The notes under the pieces are model-generated. The model was given only the letters and a program-made list of their open reading frames with translations. It searched no databases and was not told the origin of the DNA. A stretch of 40,805 nucleotides of DNA, from contig CAXTTL010000013.1 of NCBI GenBank assembly GCA_964247135.1, positions 1 to 40,805 of the forward strand. Reading direction: 5' to 3'. This stretch comes from an uncultured Deinococcales bacterium (lineage in GTDB: Bacteria; Deinococcota; Deinococci; Deinococcales; JAAFIG01). Shown here one piece after another: positions 8,501 through 16,853 of the stretch. Position numbers and translations under genes: made by a program. Each line of letters opens with the position of its first letter. The stretch's first letter is position 1.

Positions 8501-9031
8501 AAGTTCATCCTCCTCGAGCAGCGTCAAATGAGCTGCCAGTGCGCCGCGTGGGTTGCCTGCCGCCTCGAGCGCCACGGCTTGACGTTTCAGGGCGTTGCGG
8601 CGTTGGCTGGACAGCGTTTCGCGCCAGGCGTCCACCCATTCCTGGAACGCAGGAGCACCGCGCCATTGGGTCCCCTCGAGAAATACGCCCTTGCAATGCT
8701 CGAGGGCTGCCTCGAAGTGTTCGGCTTTGATGGCGTTTTGAAAACGTGTCACGTCCGTCTCGAGCGGAGCTTTAAGGTTGAGCGCATCACCTTCAACCAG
8801 CAAGTGATCCTCGAGTGTGGTGGCTCGGATGCGGCGCAATTCTTGGCGCAAGTTGGTGCGGGCGGCGGAATCGTCGAGTTCGCCCCACAGCAAATCCGCC
8901 AGCTTTGCACGGCTGGTTGCTCCCTCGAGCGCCAAGTAACCTACCAAGCCAAGCGCCTTGCGCGTCGAAAGTGCAACTTCGAGCGCATTGACCCGTATTG
9001 TGGGTTTGCCGAACAATGAAACCTCGAGCAT
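5540..9031 (-). CDS. AfsR/SARP-like regulator: wHTH-BTAD + STAND-type ATPase + TPR
   Basis: Starts MLEVSLFGKP after an AGGAG RBS; RAKLADLLWG..ARTNLRQEL (SARP); BTAD helices (EHHHREAMRL); Walker A GEPGVGKT; LLLDDFHWFD; FHHDLIR; C-terminal TPRs. Confidence 0.9.
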   Translation of the reverse strand: MLEVSLFGKPTIRVNALEVALSTRKALGLVGYLALEGATSRAKLADLLWGELDDSAARTNLRQELRRIRATTLEDHLLVEGDALNLKAPLETDVTRFQNAIKAEHFEAALEHCKGVFLEGTQWRGAPAFQEWVDAWRETLSSQRRNALKRQAVALEAAGNPRGALAAHLTLLEEDELQEHHHREAMRLHSMLGERKEALARFERCRQILQQELGLEPLPETLRLAERIRSGRNLSLKPAKAAPSENPFQTPPMIGRDQFWTQLETSEASLILIEGEPGVGKTRLATEFVHASGNTLVLSGQELSSGTPLFPVASALRAHLASQNLELETIWRHEAARLVPELEPDAPSAATEALPEGRARFLEGLTHALIAAVQQSGTLLLDDFHWFDATSSELMVQLSKRAKAAGIKLIATARPSELSENPAATRAIQHLERDGLLTRISLEPLNETMILSLIQALSGSTSGTIFAKRLFDATAGNPLFVLETLRDLLEAGTLFKDPSGVWSTPYDAQTEDYAELPLAQSVRQAVLQRIDRLRPAVRRMLDAASLTGDDFQLSELTQATALDEWLGLEALERASSAGILRPNPQGHRFHHDLIRRSLSNALGADRRKLLHKRLAATLEANHGQPARIADHLEQADLKTQAAPWRIKAAEAARAVYAYRDALVHYARALELGVSEHEQFRIHTARAALWKALDERIGWSEDVHAAIEIATYLGERNLEIESGLGLAEFYFYSGQYHKALEHATEILEQQDVPNEWMARAHLEAGNAMVRLGRIAEAEKLLKMGLERAPKTAFELIGRLNNTLANCDFEKRDVTSGRQHFEIALTAFRAIKNYSGEILALNIGSVIEIFADNHIVARSYLKQALASSRFIGYVPWQRLVLSNLANSFLYENDFESALPLVDEGLQLSSAPKDPRDESTFLSLRSLIQRANGNFGGALKSSIESIKIADTHSLVRLQIHERLNYTKMYLEFGDVLSAFKILKEVKKIQTQAKLDAFKSWFEILFAHYEVENFKFKKAEKRLINLFNFKKLDLEEKSTVLWLLAEIYMQSENFSQLNQIFEKFQRNYPLYPMLLSIKLRLNLLNSENRLINIKDGLKILSEKQIPAIEALKLRYAILNNLIILNKFDLLNKIQEEIYTTAKKLANSLEKKERLIFLSKFGFDEFLN

Positions 9032-9198
9032 CGTTTCATCTCCTGTGGCGTAATTCTTGCATGGTAGCAAAGAATGAGCTTTCAGATGCAAAGTTGCGTC
9101 TGAGACAACATCAGGACTTGATTTTCTCGAGCCGCTCAGTCTGGTTATTGGGGTTCGGCTTCACCATTTGTTCACCCTCCAACCCTTAAACTTTACGC

Positions 9199-9666
9199 AT
9201 GTCAATCCGTGAAACCGCTTTAAAACTTTTAATTCCAGTGTTTGTCGAAAACCCCGCGCAAAAGCAATCGTTCGCGCAACTGACGTTAAGACTCGAGCAA
9301 TCCCAAGGCGAAATCGCAAACCGAATCACTGCCGCATCAAGCCAGAACCTCGAGAAGCACCGCGCCACATTGCGCCATATCATTGGCATTGAACGCTGGG
9401 GCACAGAGCGCCTGAAAGTTGCCTTGGGTGAACCCTTCAAGCGTGACGGGCAAAAAGATTATCACCCAAGCCCAAGCAGTGATTTCTCAGCGTTGCTCGA
9501 GGATTTTAACAGCACCCGACTCGAGACGCTGCGCATTGCAAAACTGGTCGAGCAGCAAAACCCGAACGCGAAAATTGAGCACAATGGTTTTGGACCACTT
9601 TCGGTCAAGGGTTGGTTGAGATATTTAAACGTTCATGCCGAAAGCGAAAGCAAGAAACTGCGCTAA
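9199..9666 (+). CDS. DinB/DinB_2-like protein
   Basis: LRHIIGIE ... HNGFGPLSVKGWLRYLNVH pattern; TAAACT 6 nt before the ATG. Confidence 0.65.
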   Translation: MSIRETALKLLIPVFVENPAQKQSFAQLTLRLEQSQGEIANRITAASSQNLEKHRATLRHIIGIERWGTERLKVALGEPFKRDGQKDYHPSPSSDFSALLEDFNSTRLETLRIAKLVEQQNPNAKIEHNGFGPLSVKGWLRYLNVHAESESKKLR

Positions 9667-9734
9667 ACCTCGAGTGACACGAGCCAAAAACCAATCTCAA
9701 AACGTTTTCTCGAGATTGCGTTTATGCTGGTGAA

Positions 9735-10904
9735 ATGTGGCACAGGTTGATCTCTGCACTGGCGATTGTCATCATCTTGTTATTCGTTTGGCAAGAGGTC
9801 AAACAGGGTCGTGCGGGTATCGTTCCGGCGGGCGTGGTCAAGATCAGTTCCAACACCGATGCCCAAGTTTACGTGGACAACCAATCAAAAGGCACGATCA
9901 GGGCAAATCAACCTCGAGTCCTGAGCGATCTCAAACCTGGACGGCACATCATTGGTTTAACTGCATTGGGTTTTAAAAGCAAAAACGTTGTGCTGACGGT
10001 GCAAAACGGGCAGCAACTCGAGCAAACTTTTAACCTCGTGCCCGAAGCGATTGCCACGCCGAACACCAAAACCGTGGGCTTTAGAGACTTGGCGCAAAGC
10101 ATTGAAAACGCTGAAGACGGTGCGGTGTTGTTCCTCGCGGCGGGGGAATACCAACTCTCGAGCAACCTGAAGGTTGAAAAATCCATTTCTTTGATCGGCG
10201 CAGGGTATTCACAAACGCGTATCACCTCGAGCTTGAGCGGCATCATGCTGCGTTTTAACGGTGGCGAGCTGCATTTGAAAGGCATCGGTTTTGTGCATAC
10301 CGGCAAACAAAAATCGGATGTGCTGAGCATCGAAGACGCCAAAATCAACATCGAAGATTGCCGCTTTTCGGGCGGGTACAGCACCGACAAACCGCGTAAA
10401 GACGGCGACGGCTTGTGGCTGCACGGTCACTCGAGCGGCAGCATCGTGCGCAGCCATTTCGAGAACAACGCCATGAACGGACTCGAGATTCAAGACGGCA
10501 GCAACATCAGGCTCGAGCGTAATGATTTTATGCGAAATGACATTGTGGGTTTGTCGATTTGGAACACTGCCAAAGTAGAAGCTTTTGACAACACGATGTT
10601 ACTGAATAAAAAGAAAGGAATTCAAGTTTCCGATCAGGCTTCGGTCACGCTTGCCCGCAATAAAATAACCTTCAACACCGACAGCGGCATCTCGTTTTTT
10701 GGGACAACAAGCGGCACCGTCGAAAACAACACGCTAATTGCCAACCGATACGGTTTAGAAATCATGGGTGAGAGCACGGTTTCGGTCAGCAAAAACGTAA
10801 TCACCAAACACCAGGAAGCCATTTACACGGGTAAAAAAGCGCATCCAAAAATTGGGCAGAATACGTTCTTGAAAAACGATAAAAACCTGACGTATGAAAA
10901 GTGA
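9735..10904 (+). CDS. Membrane-anchored PEGA + right-handed beta-helix (NosD/pectin-lyase-like) protein
   Basis: N-terminal TM; PEGA-like SSNTDAQVYVD..LKPGRHII; L-x-AGEY followed by N/G-rich beta-helix repeats. Confidence 0.8.
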   Translation: MWHRLISALAIVIILLFVWQEVKQGRAGIVPAGVVKISSNTDAQVYVDNQSKGTIRANQPRVLSDLKPGRHIIGLTALGFKSKNVVLTVQNGQQLEQTFNLVPEAIATPNTKTVGFRDLAQSIENAEDGAVLFLAAGEYQLSSNLKVEKSISLIGAGYSQTRITSSLSGIMLRFNGGELHLKGIGFVHTGKQKSDVLSIEDAKINIEDCRFSGGYSTDKPRKDGDGLWLHGHSSGSIVRSHFENNAMNGLEIQDGSNIRLERNDFMRNDIVGLSIWNTAKVEAFDNTMLLNKKKGIQVSDQASVTLARNKITFNTDSGISFFGTTSGTVENNTLIANRYGLEIMGESTVSVSKNVITKHQEAIYTGKKAHPKIGQNTFLKNDKNLTYEK

Positions 10905-10997
10905 AACCCAAAACCGTTAGCAGCATTTAAACTCGAGCAGCACAGGCTTTTTAGAATCTCGAGCGGTGATTTTTGATTTTGGCGCTATGCTGTTTGA

Positions 10998-11846
10998 ATG
11001 TCACCCAAATTGATGCTGGCAACCACAATGGGATTGGTCGTGTTTCTCGTTTGGGTGAACGCCCCAAGCGTCGCGCTGAACAAAACCGTGGCGCTGGGCG
11101 ACCTCGAAAGAAGTCTGAAAGCCGCCAAAGACGGCGATACCCTGTTTTTAGCCGAAGGCGATTACAAACTTGCACACTTGGTCAACGTGCAAAAATCCAT
11201 TTCTTTGGTTGGGACGGGCGCAACAAAAACCCGTGTGATCTCGAGTTTGAATCAAGAAGTCATGCGTTTTGTGAACGTGAGTTTGAATCTAAAAGGCATT
11301 GGCTTCGTTCACTCGGGAAAGCAAAAAGCCGATGTGCTCAACATTGTCGATTCAAAAATAAAAATTGAGGATTGCAGTTTTTCTGGGGCGTTCAGTCCAG
11401 ATTCGCCAGCCAAAGTCGGTGATGGCATCTGGCTTCATGGGCGCTCGAGTGGCACAATCAGCAACAGCTTTTTCGAGAACAACAGCTTGCGCGGACTCGA
11501 GATCACCGACAATTCCAGTCTCGAGCTTGACCATGTTCAACTCAACCACAACAGGTCTGGTTTAAGCCTGTACAAGAATGGCAAAGTTCATGTGGTGGGC
11601 AGTGTTGTCCAGTTCAACACCTACAGCGGAATCAGTTTTGCCAACACTTCGACCGGCGAAGTCTCGAGCAACACGATTGACAGCGACAATTACGGCATCG
11701 AAATTCTGGACTCGAGCAGTGTGAGCGTTTCAAACAACAAAATTTCGTCGCAAAAAGAAGCGATTTATGTGGGGAAAAAAGCCCACGCCAAAATTGGTGA
11801 AAACACCTTCGAGTCAAATGGCAGCGATGTTGTGTACGAGAAGTAA
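10998..11846 (+). CDS. Right-handed beta-helix protein, tandem paralog of 9735..10904 lacking PEGA
   Basis: Shared LKGIGFVHxGKQKxDVL, GDGxWLHGxSSG, EAIYxGKKAHxKIG and terminal YEK. Confidence 0.85.
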   Translation: MSPKLMLATTMGLVVFLVWVNAPSVALNKTVALGDLERSLKAAKDGDTLFLAEGDYKLAHLVNVQKSISLVGTGATKTRVISSLNQEVMRFVNVSLNLKGIGFVHSGKQKADVLNIVDSKIKIEDCSFSGAFSPDSPAKVGDGIWLHGRSSGTISNSFFENNSLRGLEITDNSSLELDHVQLNHNRSGLSLYKNGKVHVVGSVVQFNTYSGISFANTSTGEVSSNTIDSDNYGIEILDSSSVSVSNNKISSQKEAIYVGKKAHAKIGENTFESNGSDVVYEK

Positions 11847-11929
11847 AAATTGAATCTCGAGCTTTGAAAACGCCCTGTACGTGTGACCAAATCTCGAGTT
11901 TGCAGATTTTGGTTTGGTATGGTGCTGGC

Positions 11930-12064
11930 GTGTGGCGAAGATTGATTCCAATGCTGGTGATGACGTTTGTTATTTTTTACGTTTGGCGAGAAGCAGAACT
12001 TAAAGTTTTCAAACCAAACAAATCTCGACTCGACCATACTTTTGATCAGCTTGAAATGTCATAA
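11930..12064 (+). pseudogene. Truncated 5' remnant of a third paralog of 9735..10904
   Basis: TATGGT-6nt-GTG start; MWRRLIPMLVMTFVIFYVWREAE aligns with MWHRLISALAIVIILLFVWQEVK; stops after 44 aa beside the AT-rich island. Confidence 0.5.
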
Positions 12065-12175
12065 TTGGTCAGAATACGTTTCAGAAAAACGGAAAAGACT
12101 TTACGAGCAAGAGGTAAAAATCAAAGCCCGAGTTTCGAGTTTCGAGAATAAACTGAGTTTAATAAAGGAGTTAAA

Positions 12176-13357
12176 ATGCCAGAAAATAATATTACTTTAA
12201 ACTTAATAAAAGATACGAAATTACAATGTTATTCCATTATCACAACCACAGATACAAAAAGTTATCTTAATATTGTTGAGAAAGCATATAAAGACAAGGG
12301 AGGAATAAGAGGTCAAAGAGACCCTTTAAAAACAAGTAGCGCAATCAGAATTAGAAAAAGAATGATAGATGACCTAAAAAATGGTGCGGTTATACCACCA
12401 ATTGTAATCGGAATAGTGATTGATGAAGATAAGTTTCAAGATATAGAAAAAATGAATGAGGCAGATTTTTCTAATTTTATTTTACAATTAGAAAAAAATC
12501 AAATTTCAATTATAGATGGAATGCAGAGAACAACAGCACTTACAGAAATTGAGGACCTAAAAAGCTATAAATTAAGAGTTGAATATTGGATTTCAACAAA
12601 TATAAACAGCTTAATTTATAGAATGCTTGTTTTAAACACTGGTCAAGTTCCTTGGAACATTAGAAGGCAAGTAGAGGTTGTTTTTGATTCACTAATAGAA
12701 GAATTAAAAACAAAAATTACAAGTACAGGTTTTCAAATACATAAAACTGATGATAAAAAGCGACGGGTAAGATCAGGTGTATTCCAAGCAGATCAAATTA
12801 TTGAATTATACCTAGTATTTGGCGCAAGAAAAGAAAACATTAATAGGCAGGAAAAATTAGCTGATGAATTTGCGCGTCTTGATTTTATAGAAGCTACGTC
12901 AAATTATCAATTTACAGATATTTTTAGTGACGTTTTGAATATTTTGATTCAATTTGATCTTGTTTTTGAAAAATTTGAAGGAAATAACATTGATGGGCGC
13001 TTTCAAATTGGAAAAGACTTATTTAGCAGTGAGCCAGCACAAGCTGGTTTAATAGCTTCTTTCGCAATAAAGATCATGGGAAGACCAGGAAGCCCAGAAA
13101 AATCTATAGAAATGCAGCAAGAAAAATTAACAGAAATTAAAGCGTCGGCAGGCATACTTCTTCAACGGCTCGGCGCTATGAATTCGCAACAAATGGGTGA
13201 ATTTTTGGACTTTGAAACATTAAACTCGGTAATAGGTGGAAAAACTTCAGGTGCTGTTGGTGATTTTGAAAGGTCTGTTTTTTTAAAAGCATTTGAAACA
13301 CTGATAAACGAAGAGTTTAGAGTTGATTCAATGACTGTTTGTTGGAGATCACATTAA
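12176..13357 (+). CDS. DUF262/DGQHR (ParB-superfamily)-like protein
   Basis: IPPIVIG..IIDGMQRTTAL..LNTGQVP motifs; AAGGAG RBS; AT-rich. Confidence 0.7.
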   Translation: MPENNITLNLIKDTKLQCYSIITTTDTKSYLNIVEKAYKDKGGIRGQRDPLKTSSAIRIRKRMIDDLKNGAVIPPIVIGIVIDEDKFQDIEKMNEADFSNFILQLEKNQISIIDGMQRTTALTEIEDLKSYKLRVEYWISTNINSLIYRMLVLNTGQVPWNIRRQVEVVFDSLIEELKTKITSTGFQIHKTDDKKRRVRSGVFQADQIIELYLVFGARKENINRQEKLADEFARLDFIEATSNYQFTDIFSDVLNILIQFDLVFEKFEGNNIDGRFQIGKDLFSSEPAQAGLIASFAIKIMGRPGSPEKSIEMQQEKLTEIKASAGILLQRLGAMNSQQMGEFLDFETLNSVIGGKTSGAVGDFERSVFLKAFETLINEEFRVDSMTVCWRSH

Positions 13358-13359
13358 AA

Positions 13360-14421
13360 ATGTCAAGAAATATGATAAATACTCATATAAAAGTCTTTGA
13401 TATGCTTAAAGACTTTGTTTTATCAAATGAAGCTAACTTAGAAATTAACCCTTCGGCAGTAAGATATATTTCATGCAACGATAGTGAAGAAAAAATACTA
13501 AAAAATTTAATAATTGATTCTAGAATACCAGTATACTCAGGATTATTAATAGCATTTTGCACACATAATGATACAGAAAACAATGTAGAAGAAAAATACT
13601 TTGTGATTACTGGCAAAAGAAATTTTTCACTACAAGAAGAATTTCTTCAAGAAATAGACTTAAACGCTGGATTTGCAACATGTCTAATAGGCGACTTGGA
13701 AATACCTATTAAAGATGATTACAGTCACTTGAACATCGTAAATGAAATCCTTTTTCTTTACAAAGGTAGTAGCTCAGAATTATATACTGGACATAACTTT
13801 TCAGATATTATTAAACCTTTTGAGCATATTTTAGTCTTCAAAATTTTACCTAACTGTCCAATTAAATTTGAGGATTCTTTCAAATTTTCGTGTTTTGCTT
13901 GTATAAAAAACAAAAAGAAAATATTACTTCTTCCATTTTCTGATAAATTAACAACTTTATTGGAAGATTTAATATTTGAAAACGAAACTAAATTTCCATT
14001 TGAAAATACTTTTTACGCACTAAACTCAACCAAATGGGAATATGTATTTCTGGAGTTTTATCGATGCGTGGAAAAATTTTTTCCTATTGTTTTAACTTCT
14101 AGACTATACGCAGATTTAGGACTAGGAATAGATGTTTTTGAATTTTCCAACAAAATTGAGGGACTCTTAAACTGGAAAGCCAAAGAAGATCAAGCAATTA
14201 AATCAATTTTTAATGATTTACCAAAGGAAATGACTAGAATTCTAACAGGTATCACTAATGAAAATTTAGGTAAGTGGTACTATGGTTTAAGGAATAAAAT
14301 AGTCCATCACCGAAAAAATGAATCGAAAATTAGTATTACAGACAAAGATTGGAATCAAATTATGGAATTTTCTATAAATTTAATAGATTTTTTTTATAAA
14401 AAATATTCCAAATTCATCTAA
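13360..14421 (+). CDS. Protein with C-terminal HEPN-like RNase motif
   Basis: FLEFYRCVE helix and YGLRNKIVHH (R-x4-H) near the C-terminus; ATG follows the upstream stop after a 2-nt gap. Confidence 0.65.
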   Translation: MSRNMINTHIKVFDMLKDFVLSNEANLEINPSAVRYISCNDSEEKILKNLIIDSRIPVYSGLLIAFCTHNDTENNVEEKYFVITGKRNFSLQEEFLQEIDLNAGFATCLIGDLEIPIKDDYSHLNIVNEILFLYKGSSSELYTGHNFSDIIKPFEHILVFKILPNCPIKFEDSFKFSCFACIKNKKKILLLPFSDKLTTLLEDLIFENETKFPFENTFYALNSTKWEYVFLEFYRCVEKFFPIVLTSRLYADLGLGIDVFEFSNKIEGLLNWKAKEDQAIKSIFNDLPKEMTRILTGITNENLGKWYYGLRNKIVHHRKNESKISITDKDWNQIMEFSINLIDFFYKKYSKFI

Positions 14422-14484
14422 ATTCGAATCTATAACTTCTATAATTATTTAGTACAAAAAATTCCCATGAGAATTAGGTTCAAT

Positions 14485-16725
14485 CTATTCTTGATGCTTC
14501 TCAACTTCAATCCCAGCGAACAACACCCGCACTATCCTCGAGAATGCCATGTCATCCGCGTGCCTGTAAGCTTGCAAGAATCGCTCGAGTTGGTAGTGTT
14601 TGGCTTCTTCGGCAACCAGTTTGGGACTCGAGCGGTAGGATTCGATTGGTTTAAACTCGAGTGGACGAAGTTCATTGAGTAACTCGAGCACCTGAGGTGA
14701 GAATGGCTCGCCGCGTTTGCGGGCTTGTTCGGCGATCTTTAGTTTCTCGAGCGTCCACGATTCGCGGGTTTCAAGGTCAACCAGAGTGCGTTCGGTGAAG
14801 GCAAATTGCAGTTGCACACCCGCTAAAATCCAAGCCTCGAGCAAGTCCAAACTGGGCATTGAAATCAAAGTCAAACTTGAAACGAAATCTGATGAATTGT
14901 GCAATGGAATCGTTGGGTAATTTTTGCTCACAAACTCGAGCGCCGCACCATCGGCGAACACAGCACTCGGCTCGAGTTTGAGTTTCTCGAGCGTGGTTTT
15001 GGTATCAGTACGCGGGTAATTCAGACCGCCGTCCAAATCTTCCTCGAGAAGTTTGAGGCTGGATTGATAACGCATTTTGACGGTTGAAAACTCGAGACTG
15101 CTTCTCCCCTGCCAGAGGTTTTCTTCGACTTGCACGGCGGCATCGACGCGATCACCACCCGCGAATGGCACGCCAACGCCCCATTGCTTGCCTTTTAATC
15201 CACCGGCGCGGTACTGAAAATGCTTGCCATCCTTGCCCAAGCTGCCCGCCGCCTCGAGCGTTTCGCGCAGCCAGAACACGGGGGCAGGGTTGCCCTGCCC
15301 GAACGGTTCGAGCGATTCGAGGTGCTTGATGAGGGTGCTCGAGATGTCGCGCGGCGCGATCATGGCGTCGCAGGTCACGGTTTCGAGTGGTTCTGGGTGA
15401 CGGGCGGCAAACTCGAGGATGCTGGCACGAAAATCGGGGATGCTGGCATCGTGAAGCGCAAAACCGCCAGCCGCCGTATGACCGCCGAAGCGTTTCAGGT
15501 GGCTCGAGGCGTGGGTCAACGCTTTCACGGCGCTGATGCCAGGGGTCGAGCGCACACTGCCTTTGCCCGCCGCGATGATGAATACGGGTTTGTAAAAACG
15601 CTCGAGCAATTTGGACGCCACAATGCCCATCACGCCAGGATGCCAATTGTCTTTGGTCACAACCAGCGCGGGCGCTTCGGGGTCAACAATCAACAATGCT
15701 TCACGGTACATTTCGTCTTGAACTTTTTTACGCTCGAGATTTCGGGCATCAAGGTAGGTGGCGAGTTCCAGGGCGCGACGTGGACTGTCCGTGGTCAGCA
15801 GCTCGAGGGCAACATTGGCTTCACCGAGCCGCCCAGCCGCGTTGACCCGAGGCGCAATCATAAAACCGACATCTTTGGCAGACACCGTTTTTAAATTCTT
15901 CGCGTCCACCATCGCCCGAATGCCCACCCACCTCGAGTTTGCCATGCGTGCCAGACCAAATTTGACCAGCGCCCGGTTTTCGCCCAAAAGCGGTGCAAGG
16001 TCTGCCACCGTACCGATGGTGGCAAGGTCGGCATAATCCCAGGGTGGCTCGAGTCCTAGGGTTTGGCGCACCGCCCAGAGCAAGTGAAACGCCACGCCAG
16101 AACCCGTGAGCGCTGGCAAATCGGGATGAAAGTTTGGCGCAAGCGCAGGATGCACGACCAGACAACCTGGCAGGTCATGCCCAGGTGCGTGATGATCGGT
16201 GACAATCGCCTCTGCGCCACCCGCCACAATCAAGGCAATTTCGGCAAGGTTGCTGACGCCGCAATCGACGGTGATGAACAAATCACAACTCTCGAGGTGC
16301 TCGGGCACACGGTCGGGATGCACGCCGTAACCATCGGTCAAACGGTGCGGAATAAACGTGTGAACATTCGCGCCCAACTCGCGCAAACCCAGCATCAACA
16401 GACTTGCGCCTGTGATGCCGTCGGCATCGTAATCGCCGTGAATCCGAATGCGTTTTTTGGCATTGATCGCCGCAATGATTCGCACCGCCGCCTCGAGCAG
16501 CGCAGGGTTGGGACTTAAAGCCAGCTCTGGCTCGAGCGCGTCGGCGCTGTGAATGCCCCTGGCGTACAAAATCGCGGCGATTTTGGGCGGCAAACCCAGG
16601 GTTCTCGAGAACACCTCGAGCTTGGCGATGGGTGCGGGCGCACGAAGTCGCCATTGCACGGGACGGACACGTTCGATGGGGACAGTCTCGAGGGTTGGGA
16701 CAGGTTTGCTCGAGATGATGGTCAT
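14485..16725 (-). CDS. recJ: Single-stranded-DNA exonuclease RecJ
   Basis: HGDYDADG, ITVDCG, TDHH, GTVAD, PRVNAAGRL, GSVRS, FGGH, LEPFGQGNP; C-terminal extension. Confidence 0.96.
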   Translation of the reverse strand: MTIISSKPVPTLETVPIERVRPVQWRLRAPAPIAKLEVFSRTLGLPPKIAAILYARGIHSADALEPELALSPNPALLEAAVRIIAAINAKKRIRIHGDYDADGITGASLLMLGLRELGANVHTFIPHRLTDGYGVHPDRVPEHLESCDLFITVDCGVSNLAEIALIVAGGAEAIVTDHHAPGHDLPGCLVVHPALAPNFHPDLPALTGSGVAFHLLWAVRQTLGLEPPWDYADLATIGTVADLAPLLGENRALVKFGLARMANSRWVGIRAMVDAKNLKTVSAKDVGFMIAPRVNAAGRLGEANVALELLTTDSPRRALELATYLDARNLERKKVQDEMYREALLIVDPEAPALVVTKDNWHPGVMGIVASKLLERFYKPVFIIAAGKGSVRSTPGISAVKALTHASSHLKRFGGHTAAGGFALHDASIPDFRASILEFAARHPEPLETVTCDAMIAPRDISSTLIKHLESLEPFGQGNPAPVFWLRETLEAAGSLGKDGKHFQYRAGGLKGKQWGVGVPFAGGDRVDAAVQVEENLWQGRSSLEFSTVKMRYQSSLKLLEEDLDGGLNYPRTDTKTTLEKLKLEPSAVFADGAALEFVSKNYPTIPLHNSSDFVSSLTLISMPSLDLLEAWILAGVQLQFAFTERTLVDLETRESWTLEKLKIAEQARKRGEPFSPQVLELLNELRPLEFKPIESYRSSPKLVAEEAKHYQLERFLQAYRHADDMAFSRIVRVLFAGIEVEKHQE

Positions 16726-16853
16726 TTGGTAAGGCTAACCCAAATGATGCGTGGGTTGGAAGGGGGTTCGTACAATCACTTGTTCTGACATCTCGAGATA
16801 CAATCACTGGAATCGCAAATCTCAATTCTTAAATATTTTTCACAGGAGCTTTC

